From NCBI GenBank assembly GCA_904063045.1, contig CAJFCJ010000029.1:124001-188000 (forward strand): a stretch of DNA of 64,000 bases. The letters run 5' to 3'. Source of the stretch: Dimorphilus gyrociliatus (Eukaryota > Animalia > Annelida). The position numbers and the translations under genes were made by a program. Below are positions 26,380 to 36,737 of the stretch, in pieces; positions within the stretch are counted from its first letter, which is position 1, and each line of letters begins with the position of its first letter. The notes below the pieces were generated by a model. That model did no database searches and was not told the origin of the DNA. It saw only the letters and a program-made list of their open reading frames with translations.

Positions 26380-26450
26380 TGCATTGGCCGGGAATCGAAC
26401 CCGGGTCGCCCGCGTGGCAGGCGAGCATTCTACCACTGAACCACCAATGC
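26380..26450 (-). tRNA. tRNA-Gly-GCC: tRNA-Gly(GCC) copy 1
   Basis: 71 nt GCATTGGTGGTTCAGTGGTAGAATGCTCGCCTGCCACGCGGGCGACCCGGGTTCGATTCCCGGCCAATGCA. Cloverleaf with anticodon loop CTGCCAC, A and B boxes, and a T-rich terminator. Confidence 0.97.
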
Positions 26451-26805
26451 TTACATGAATAAAAATGCCACTTGTTGACATCATTGCAGGAGGAGCAGTC
26501 AACCGTGAAACTTTTCTGTTGGTTAAACACAAGTTGGTCTTAAAATTCACATCTTTTTAATATAAGTTTAAAAATGGTAAAAAATATATTACACGAATCA
26601 TACGAAAGTAGTTTTTTTAGGTGAAATTCTAATCAATTATAGCGGTTCAAAAATGCTAAATATTAATACTAGGTTAAAAAAATATATAGATCAACAGCAG
26701 GCGGACCATTATTGAAAAAAACATATTACCTACTATTAGTACTAGTATTCTTCAAATGATATTTTCTAACCTCACTTTAATTATGAAAAAAATAAACAAA
26801 AGAGT

Positions 26806-26876
26806 TGCATTGGCCGGGAATCGAACCCGGGTCGCCCGCGTGGCAGGCGAGCATTCTACCACTGAACCACCAATGC
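26806..26876 (-). tRNA. tRNA-Gly-GCC: tRNA-Gly(GCC) copy 2
   Basis: Identical 71-nt sequence. Confidence 0.97.
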
Positions 26877-27429
26877 TTACGAAAAGATGCTATATTAAAT
26901 ACATGAACGAATCTTGAACAAAAAATTAATGAACAAGTTAAATTTCTTTATCTAATAGATAAAGCTTATTAGGCGATTTAAAATTGTACAAATCACCTTA
27001 AATATTCTATTGTAGCCACCATTAACTGCTAACAGAATTTCTCCTAACAAAGGCAACTGCTTACATGTCAAAAGAATAGCTATCATCTTCTATATCGCAT
27101 CAATTTCTCCTTTTACTTTGTAATTTTCTACATCTTATTGATCCAGTTTTTCCAGAGTAATTTTTATCGTTATAATCGTTACATGAAAGTTTGACTTCTC
27201 AATAATGGTTTTATGCATCACAAGAAAATAGTGTCAAAGAGAGGTAAAGACAGTGTTTTTGCAATTCTATTGTCAGCATATGAATAAATTTTGTGATTAT
27301 CTCTATATCTTATTTATGGATTAGATAAAAGATTATCATATTTGAGCGTTATTTCAAAATATGCCGATTATTCTACATTTATCAATGATCAGCAATCGTT
27401 GATGCATTTCGTATCACATCTTTTCGTCA

Positions 27430-27500
27430 GCATTGGTGGTTCAGTGGTAGAATGCTCGCCTGCCACGCGGGCGACCCGGGTTCGATTCCCGGCCAATGCA
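27430..27500 (+). tRNA. tRNA-Gly-GCC: tRNA-Gly(GCC) copy 3
   Basis: Identical 71-nt sequence followed by T runs. Confidence 0.97.
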
Positions 27501-27742
27501 ACTCTTTTGTTTATTTTTTTCATAAAAATATTCTTTTTCAAGAAGATAACATAACAAATAAATTTATAATAATAAAATATTATTACTCAACTGTAAAATA
27601 CTGACAAAACTGATAACAGACAACAGATACTAAAGCAACGGCAAAGGATTATACTTCTTTCAACAGAATAATTAGATAAGTCATATTATAATAGCATGAA
27701 TACATTGCACATTTAAAGAGTATGCAAAAGAGAGCAAAAAAT

Positions 27743-27813
27743 TGCATTGGCCGGGAATCGAACCCGGGTCGCCCGCGTGGCAGGCGAGCATTCTACCACT
27801 GAACCACCAATGC
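27743..27813 (-). tRNA. tRNA-Gly-GCC: tRNA-Gly(GCC) copy 4
   Basis: Identical 71-nt sequence. Confidence 0.97.
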
Positions 27814-28058
27814 TTACAGAATAGTTTGGTAATTCATCGAAAAACTATCAAATACTTGTAGAAATCTGTTATTGGTTGTAAAACAATAGACAATTGTATC
27901 TATACAAAAATGATAATTGCATCATCTCTTTCAAGCCACACCCAAACTTTAAATAGCCTTTATTTATGATTTATACCATTTAATTCTTGTCCAACAACAT
28001 AAGTTTACTGGAAATCTTTCAAAGTGGAATATTTATGTTGATTTAGATAAAGTGAAAT

Positions 28059-30779
28059 ATGTCAGCCTCACCTATTGTTGAAATTGTAGACCGGAAGTTA
28101 AAGCTGAAAAATGAAAATTTTCAATTTTTATTCAAAGAATACGCGAATAAAAAGTGTATTTTCATAGGAGGAACAGGTACGGCTAGATGTGGAAAATCTC
28201 TATTACAAAATCTACTCTCTCAAGATTTGCTTCACTTTAAAAGTCATTTTCATAAGATATTTGGCGTAGAGCCTGGCGATACATCTTTAACAGAAGGTAC
28301 TATCAGCATCAATGTTTTACGCTACGTCTTCTTAAAATTATACTCTTTCTACAGGAATAACAATTTGCAATGAACCAATTAAACGGTAGAAATATAATTA
28401 TAATCAATTTAATCAATCTAAAATTTGAAATTAAACAGCGAAATCGAAGGTGAGGATTATTATATATTTATTGTTGATTCCCAAGGATTATTTTCAAGAG
28501 ATAAACTGAATAAGCATGATCTTTTCATTCTTTCTTACCTGCTTTCATTTTGCTCTATTCTCCTCTATAACGTTATCAAACGGATATCGGAAAATGATGT
28601 CAACGAAATTAGAGTAATAACTCCTTTATTTTTCATTTTCTTTTATAATCTAATGAATAAATTATTTGTTTACATTTTATTTTCTTTTTTCAGTTTTGTA
28701 CGAAATTAGGTATCGACGAAAATGAGCAATTTCAAACTTCTAAGAAACTTGTTAGGTTTTAACAAACATAAATTTATAAATTATTTAATTTATTAAGAAC
28801 CGATGCTAATTTTTAAGGGACTCTTATTAGTGGCTCATGATAGGCCTGAAGATGATGAATTAGAGCATGGAAAATTCAACAATGAATATAAAAGGATGGA
28901 GTATAAGGTTTCATATTTTTAGGCCTTAACATGTTGTTCTTACGAATCTTACACATCTAAATGGCTTTATCTTCTAATTAGAGATCAGAAGACACAGCGG
29001 TCTTTTTTCAAGGCGCCTTTAGAAATGTACTATTTTCATTATTACCTGAACCAGATTCTGCCGTTAAGAGGAAAGATTTCTCATTTAAAGTATCAGGCAA
29101 GAATCTTGTATTGCTATTTATTAAGAAACAGTTACTTTTATTAGCAATCTTTAGATCTTGGTTTAAAATTCTTTGATGCTATTCAATTATTGAAAAATGA
29201 TTTGTTCAATGAGATAGTCTTGTACAAGGATGTTGCTAAAACTGGAAATGAGATGTATGAATACTTGGAGACCACTTTTACTACTTTACAAGAGAAAGAT
29301 CATATAGTAAATTCAAGAACACCATTAGAACGTTACTCCTACGGATGTTTGGTGGATTTTGGAGAACAACTTTTATATGAGATGCAATCATCTTTTGAAA
29401 CATCTATACATAATTTGAAATTTGAAGAAGAGAATTGGTCAATTATACAAAATGAAGCTATTTCCTACGATAAAAAATACACTCTCGAATTTAAAGATCT
29501 ATTAAAAAGAGAAGAAAATCTGCAAGATAATGATAAGATTTTTCTAAAGAAAAAATTTAAGAAAAGAAAACAGATTTATTTTAAAGGAGAATTAGAAAAA
29601 ATTCAAAAACAATTAAATGAAATTAAAGAAAAATTGCTAATTATTAGTCAGCAAACAATTGAATATGAAAAATATTGTGATAAAAAGTTTCAAGATCTAA
29701 TTGAAAATTACAAAAAAAGTGATCATTTCTTTTTAGATGAACAGTTTGAATTATCTAAAGATAAAGCTATAGAAGATATTAGAAAATTATCAATTAAACT
29801 GGAATATATGACAATTGAACATATAGATAATTCATTAAAAAGATTTTGTAGAAATTGTCAAGAATTCAAAAGGAATATGAACTTTGATAATGAAAAAATT
29901 AAAAAAGTAGAGAAATTAATTCTCAATAGACTTTTATTTGTTGTTTATCAGAGTAATAGTGAATTTGATATTCAACAGCCAATAATCACTGACGATCTTT
30001 TAGATAAAAGGATAGAAGAAGTTTTAAAAATGGTTATAAATGAAATGGGAGAAAATTTCTATTTAATTTATAAAGAAAATGAAGGAAAGTTAAAATTAGT
30101 TAAAAAACAAATATTTGAAAAACTAAATGATGGAAATAAACTTAAAGATGTTTATAATTTTCTAAAGAAAAAACTGGTAACTAATTTCGATAGACATTTC
30201 GAACTATTCTGCTTGAAAAGTAATGACGAGACTACGGCTTATTACACAGTTGATATTAAATATCAATTTACAAAAGAATTGTTAGATTTTACATCTTACT
30301 ATAGATATATTGATGTGGATTGCTTATTAGATCATCGTTTACACTTTATTAATCATTTTATAAAGACTGTACTACACGAAAAAAGTCTATTAAAAGAGAG
30401 GGGGAAACCACAAGAAACCGTACAGGGAAACCAAGTCTCATGCTGTTTAGTTTGGTTAAACAGCAGATTCAGAAGCCAAAGCTCGGATATTTCAACTTGC
30501 GAAGATTATGTTCATTATGATTATCTATTGAAAACTAATGATTTCTCAAATGTGTATCTTGATGAAATTCAACTTAGAAAGGAAGTATATTTTAAATGGA
30601 AGAATGTGAGAAATGATAATATTTCAATTTTAGATTATGAAAGAGAGAGTGATATCTTGAAGGTTCTAAATTTGAAGAGGATTATTACCAATAATGAAAA
30701 ATTAATCAGTTTATTCAAAGATTATATGCAGTTAATCCCTTTAAAGTTGAGAATGAACAGATCTATAATTGAAGATTGA
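28059..30779 (+). CDS. Atlastin/GBP-like (GB1/RHD3-type) large GTPase, paralogue A, ~776 aa, 7 exons, no obvious TM segment
   Basis: Exons 28059-28296, 28355-28385, 28439-28613, 28694-28750, 28818-28907, 28982-29096 and 29155-30779. G1 GTARCGKS, G2 TEGITIC, G3 DSQG, G4-like LLLVAHD, LFSLLPEP, then a long helical/coiled-coil region. Confidence 0.85.
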
Positions 30780-30914
30780 AAATTACTATATACTTATAAA
30801 CAAATAATAAAAGTTACGCAACTTTATCTTACTGTTGTTTTTTTTTTAATGTCTATCTTTCAGAATTCGATTAAAACTATATTTAAATGGTTTCTATGGA
30901 AAAATCAAAAAAAT

Positions 30915-30985
30915 TGCATTGGCCGGGAATCGAACCCGGGTCGCCCGCGTGGCAGGCGAGCATTCTACCACTGAACCACCAATGC
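30915..30985 (-). tRNA. tRNA-Gly-GCC: tRNA-Gly(GCC) copy 5, between the two GTPase 3' ends
   Basis: Identical 71-nt sequence. Confidence 0.97.
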
Positions 30986-31161
30986 TTACGACATAGTACC
31001 AATAAAATTCAAAATTCCAACTGAGAACTATTAATTTTGAGGACCTCTTTTCTAAAATTAGATTGGAATAAGGATTACTATTAAAAAGTGTGTAGTTTTC
31101 TGATCTAGTTTTTTAATATAATTAAAAATTCAGAAAAAAATCAAAATGCAAAAAAAGAGTT

Positions 31162-33601
31162 TCATAGAGTTTCAAAGTTATGGATTTGCTGACATTTTAG
31201 CTTCATTCTTACTGGTAATACTTGAAGATATTCCTGTGTCATTTCTACGCTTCTTTCTTTTTTAAATAGATCTAGGAATGAAACTTCTTGATTTGAAAGA
31301 AAATCCTCCTGGGCGGAAGCTGATGTTTTTTTATCAATCCGTTTTACAATAGACTTGATTATAGGTTTTAAACCAAAACCAACAGCACCACCCACACTTG
31401 CAGCTCCTGCAGATGCACCAGTTATTCCTGCCGCTAATGGGATAGTAACTCCTAACGTTGGAATAATTACAGCTGCGCAAACAGCGGCAGGAGCTATTCC
31501 CACAATAGTCAATAAAGCATGCCCAACAGTTGCTCCTATTGTCAAGTTTAATTCTTTCTTAATAAATTCATTAAACTCTTGCAAATCTGCATATCTTGAT
31601 TGCATAGTAAATTTTAAATCTAAATCTATGTTTAATTCAAACAATTGGTGAATTGAATCGTTCAGATAGAGATTATGCTCAAAATTTTCGAATGCTTCTT
31701 TCCTGCATTCTTCCAGTTCAACTTCATTCAAAGATATTTGATTTTCATATTTTTTAACGAAAATGACATCAAAATGTTGTCTTACATTACGATCAAGAAT
31801 TAAATATGCTTTTTCAAGTTGTACGCTTCGGTGATAAATGTTATAATATACTTTCTGAATATTATCTGTAAATGATCTTAAACAATCATATTCAGGTTCG
31901 AAACCAAAAAGAGTTTTTAATTCGAGATAGGCCTTCGAAAAGAAGTTTTTGTGAGCGTCTAATAGGAATGGGCATTCTAGAAATGGTTTAGGATATTGAA
32001 TAGAGGTAGTGAACTTGAAAATAAACGATTCCATATTAGCTTTATAATTATCAATAGTTGATTTGAGTATTCTCTTTTCTCTATATATTTTAAGATTAGC
32101 ATTAATTTTACAATTAGCCCTTTCAGTAAATTTGCCCATTATCTGTTCATCTTCATTCTCTCCTTTAATCGAATTGTATAGTGTTACCTTCAGTTCTTCA
32201 AGTATAGTCTTACAAACAAAAGAAAAAGTTTCTACTGAAATTGAACTTTGAAGACAAGAATCGAATTCATTTTGAATTCTATCAGATAAAATATTTTCAA
32301 CACCTTCCAAGATCATATTAATATTCATAAATTTTGAATAAGAAGCTTCATTGGGTGTAATTCGTTCGATAATTTCTTTCCTCGAGCTTAAACTATCAAA
32401 TATATGATCAATTCCAACATTTAACGAATTAGTGTTTAATAATTCTTTAGATAGACAATATAACTGATCCATCATGAAATTTTTCAAATCATTTACATAC
32501 TTAATAAAATCATTAGAAACATCTGCAAATGAGGAGAACATAGTTGATTAAATACTCTAGTATCAATTTCTAGCTTGAATTCAAACCTAATAGTAAATCT
32601 TTATACAATCCAGAACAAATCTGATCTCCTGGATTTGGCAGAAGATAACAAGAAATTTTTTCAAAGCTCCTACTAAATGGATAATTCTCCAGCTAAGATG
32701 TAAAATTTTTAGAAAAACAGTTTATTTAATAAAGAAGATGAAGGATATTACTTTTAAATTAGTCTTTAAATAGTCTGTATTATCGCCATACGAATAATTA
32801 TTTAAATACTGCCAATCTCTAACGATAAATATCAAATTCTAAATTCAAAGAATGAATAAGTTAAAGAATATAAATATTAAAAGGTTTCTCCAAAGTTAAT
32901 ATACCTTTTGTCTTCTATTGCAACTTTCCCCAACTAATCCGTACATTGAGCAGAACTAGAATGTTTTTTTTAGATGATTTATACGATAGTTGTTTAATAT
33001 TAAAAATAATTATTTACATCAAGTTCTTCCAGATAGGCAGTTGTTAAACGTTTTTCAACATTAAATAGTACTATTGAACAAAGAGAAAACAAGAACGAGA
33101 GGATAAATCTATCGTACTTTCCCAGCTCTTCAATGGTATTTAATCCTTGGGAATCCATTATAAATGTAAAAATATCCTCACCATCAACATTCCTTAAACA
33201 AAAATACTACAGTTCTTTTTTATATTCACAGTAAGGGTACTTACTGTACAATTGGCCTACTCCAAAATTGAATACCTTTATTAAAACAAAATTGGAAAGG
33301 GAAATTAAAGAGATAATAACTATAAAAGAGTCACTTAATTTTATGATTTACCTCTAGTGACTGAATTCATTCCGGAATCACTGGCGAACCCTTGATCTTT
33401 TTCAAGTTTGTCATAAACAGTCTCATTTATAATTAAATTTTGTAGAAAAGATTTCCCGCATCTCGAGGAACCAGAGGAAGATATAAATAAACAACGTTTA
33501 CCTTCACAAAATTCGGTTAAATATATAACTCCTTCCTCCTCCAAACTAATTGATCCATCATCGTCAATTGATAACAATTGTATTACTTTACCATTATCCA
33601 T
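31162..33601 (-). CDS. Atlastin/GBP/RNF112-like large GTPase, paralogue B, ~686 aa, 7 exons, C-terminal hydrophobic Gly/Ala-rich hairpin
   Basis: Exons 33601-33352, 33275-33245, 33192-33018, 32955-32905, 32838-32752, 32692-32587 and 32522-31162. G1 GSSRCGKS, TRGIQFWSRP, G3 DSQG, LIFIVRDW...YSYG and ISCYLLPNPG, all atlastin-like. TM-like segment ALLTIVGIAPAAVCAAVIIPTLGVTIPLAAGITGASAGAASVGGAVGFGL. Confidence 0.88.
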
Positions 33602-34506
33602 CTTATTATCATCGCGATTGAAGATTTTTATAGAAATAATAAACCCTCTATTTTCAACTCTGTATAACTGTTGAAATTTATAGTCAATTCATATTGAGAT
33701 ATTAGTAACAAATTATTTATAGTATCTATTAGTCATATACAGTATTATAATGACCAATGTTTTTCTATTAGATCATACAATTTTCTCTTTCTTTCCAGGT
33801 ATATTTTGTTATTTAATATTTAAAGGTCAACTTTATTGTTTACCAACAAAAGCACTAATCGATCAATGTATTTCTAATATTTAAAGGAAATCGTTATCAA
33901 TTGATTTTTTTATCAGAAATATTCAATTTATCGCAGTTAATATAAACATAACATATTTTAATGAAAAACCCTTTAATAGCAAACTAATGAATTATGGAAT
34001 TAGATAACTGAAGAGAGAGATTAAAATATATTACCTTGATATAAAACCCTCGACGGAGATATGTTCTTAATTTTAATAAATGGTTAACAAACCAGAGCTT
34101 GTATAATAACAGATGGCGTTGGCCACATGTGTGTTATAAAAAATTGATTATTAATTTTATACCTTTTTTTTTAGGTTATAAACTATATATATATTTTAAT
34201 ATATATATTACTTTCTAAATACTAAACGTTTAGTTTCTGGAATGAAATTAATAGTTAAATTCTTTATTCTAAGCAATAAGTATTGAACAATTGTTGTAAT
34301 CTCTGTCTACAAATTGTAGAACACATCAGATTGAATATTTAGCAATTTATTACTTTGTAAGAAATAAACTTATGCAAACAATTCCATTATTTTACTTCAA
34401 AGGAAGCGTATTTAACATTAAAACTGTTTAGACAAAGGATACAAAAGATGTAAACATTTCTAAGAAATTTACTTTAAATGCAAAAATTACCAAACTTCTA
34501 TCGTAA

Positions 34507-34577
34507 GCATTGGTGGTTCAGTGGTAGAATGCTCGCCTGCCACGCGGGCGACCCGGGTTCGATTCCCGGCCAATGCA
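34507..34577 (+). tRNA. tRNA-Gly-GCC: tRNA-Gly(GCC) copy 6
   Basis: Identical 71-nt sequence followed by ATTTTTTT. Confidence 0.97.
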
Positions 34578-34694
34578 ATTTTTTTATCTTTTCTAAGATA
34601 ACTTTTTTTTTTTTAAAAAAAAGACATACCATGTTTTTACTTAACTTTATAGCTAATGTTTTGAACCCAAAAGCAATAGCCGAGGATAAAAAGT

Positions 34695-34765
34695 TGCATT
34701 GGCCGGGAATCGAACCCGGGTCGCCCGCGTGGCAGGCGAGCATTCTACCACTGAACCACCAATGC
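34695..34765 (-). tRNA. tRNA-Gly-GCC: tRNA-Gly(GCC) copy 7
   Basis: Identical 71-nt sequence, convergent with copy 6 across a 117-nt spacer. Confidence 0.97.
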
Positions 34766-36737
34766 TCACATAGGAAGTTGAGCAAATTGATAAGACGACC
34801 CCTTAAACATCAGTAAATTGGCTAATAAGAAAAAGTCATAAAAGGTTATTTGAACTCTGTAAATTAACTCAATTTCCGGAAAAATATTCAATTTACGTCA
34901 ATTTTTGCGTCCGAATTGCATCAATATTTTATACCTGATGTTCCTGTATTAACGAAACTTTTGACATATTGGAGAATGTTGTTGGGTTTATTATAAATAA
35001 AAATTCGTCTGTTTGATAATAGAAAAAGTATTTAAAAGTAATCGGATATATTTGATCCAGTCAATCCTCTTATACTCCAATTGCCTATTTACTAAACACA
35101 GGGTGAGACACTCTTACTCCGTCTTTTTCTCTCTCTCTCTCTCTCTCCCTCTCTCTTTCTCTCTCTCTCTTTCTCACATATCTCCATCGAGCCTCAGAGA
35201 TTTTAATTAAAAAATAATAAATTAATAATTAAACTAATAGAATAGTATTTTTTATTAAGAAAAGTAATGAATTATATTCATTCCCTTTCATTATACTTAT
35301 TTATATGTTATGTTATAATTATCTATATAGATGTAAATGGGAATTTATGCCTTGTTGTGTAAGCTATATTTAATCATGTAAGACGATCATTTGTGTACAA
35401 CTAAATCCCTTATGACAAACACCACACCCTTCAATTATGCTATAATATTATTAATCCTAATACGACCTTTAACTTTTTGAGAAATACGATGTGAGACTAG
35501 AATATTAAAAAAAGAAAGAGCCTATATTATGTTATTATGTTAGATATACATGTGAATATATAGTATTGTATAATAGAGCGTAAAGTATTCATCATTCAAT
35601 TCTAATAAACGTTGTTTTATTAGACTTTTTTATATTTTATAATTAATGCCTGCTAAGCTATAAATAGACTTGATTTGATTTGTTGTAAGTATTAAATTAA
35701 GTATATGACCTTTACTTATAGATTCTATCCCAATATCCTACTTGAAAAAATACAAAATCCTTTTCAACATCTGCGTATAAAATTCTCCTTCCGCTGCAAG
35801 ACATTAGCTTTTTTCCTCTACAAAAACGTCCCCAAGTAACAATTAAGAGGCATAATTTTTGACTGTGAAATTATCCACTTTAAACGAAAATTTTGGCTTA
35901 ATCGTTTTCATCTTGGCATTTTCGATTTAGAAATTTGCCTGGACTTCCTTCGCTTGTTACTTCTTAATTCTATAATCAGATGACTGTCCTTCATGAACGA
36001 CTCTCCTACAAGATGTTCAAAGGTCAATCTCTTGTCAAGATAAATGCTTCTCTTACTCTTAATTAGTGTAGAGTAGAGTTTTTATTGCTTATTAAGGATC
36101 CTAGTTAGTTTCATGGTAGATTCTTTCTTTGTACACTTTTTCTTGCGTTCCAATAATAAATCACGAAAGAGTTTGTGTATGAATAACGCTCACTGACAAG
36201 GACTAACCATCAAAATAATTGAAACTTCCTAAGATAAGATAAATTGAATATTTATCAATCACTTGATAAAACTATGATTGATCTATTTAGTTGATAATAA
36301 TTGAAAGAAGGAAATACTAATGTTAAAATTTCAATTGACTGCATTGCTAAATTGACAAAGAGGGTCACCTTTTGTGGCTCTTATGACATCTCTTTCAAGT
36401 GTTTTTTGACTAAACCTATTGAGATTCGCTAAAAGTGTACACTTCTCTTATTGCGTAACCTATGTTTATTTTTAGAATAAATTAACCGATATTTTCGTCT
36501 TTCTTTGAAAATTGATTCAAATATACAGCCTTACAGACAAACATTTCATCTTTATAAACTAGCCATTTAGATGGTCAATTTACTTAAGCTTCTTTCAAAC
36601 ATCACTTCTAAAAAGTTAAATGCCATCTATCGGATAAGCCCGAAGTAATATTGGTGCCTTAATACAAAGTCACGCCTCAAAGATTTTGCCGGCATGTATT
36701 GGACCGACGTGGCGAATCGTCTGCTAAGTACACGACG

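Noticed and set aside
31355-31651. 98-aa Ala/Pro/Thr-rich + strand ORF
   Set aside because: Antisense shadow of the Gly/Ala-rich hydrophobic segment of GTPase B. The same applies to 37310-37639, 25340-25966, 7968-8156 and 52679-52861.
26380-34765. Repeated identical 71-mers as a CRISPR-like array or SINE family
   Set aside because: The units are complete canonical tRNAs with irregular spacing and both orientations. There are no spacers of uniform length, no cas genes, and no SINE tails or target-site duplications.
34478-34816. Overlapping ORFs 34478-34816 (+) and 34498-34785 (-), and similar ORFs at 26353 and 27342
   Set aside because: These are translations of the GC-rich tRNA-Gly sequence (HWWFSGRMLACHAGDPGSIPGQC and its antisense), not proteins.
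35700-36230. Coding-like composition on the minus strand with in-frame stops (possible decayed gene or TE)
   Set aside because: No frame is longer than ~55 codons and there is no recognisable domain or terminal repeat.
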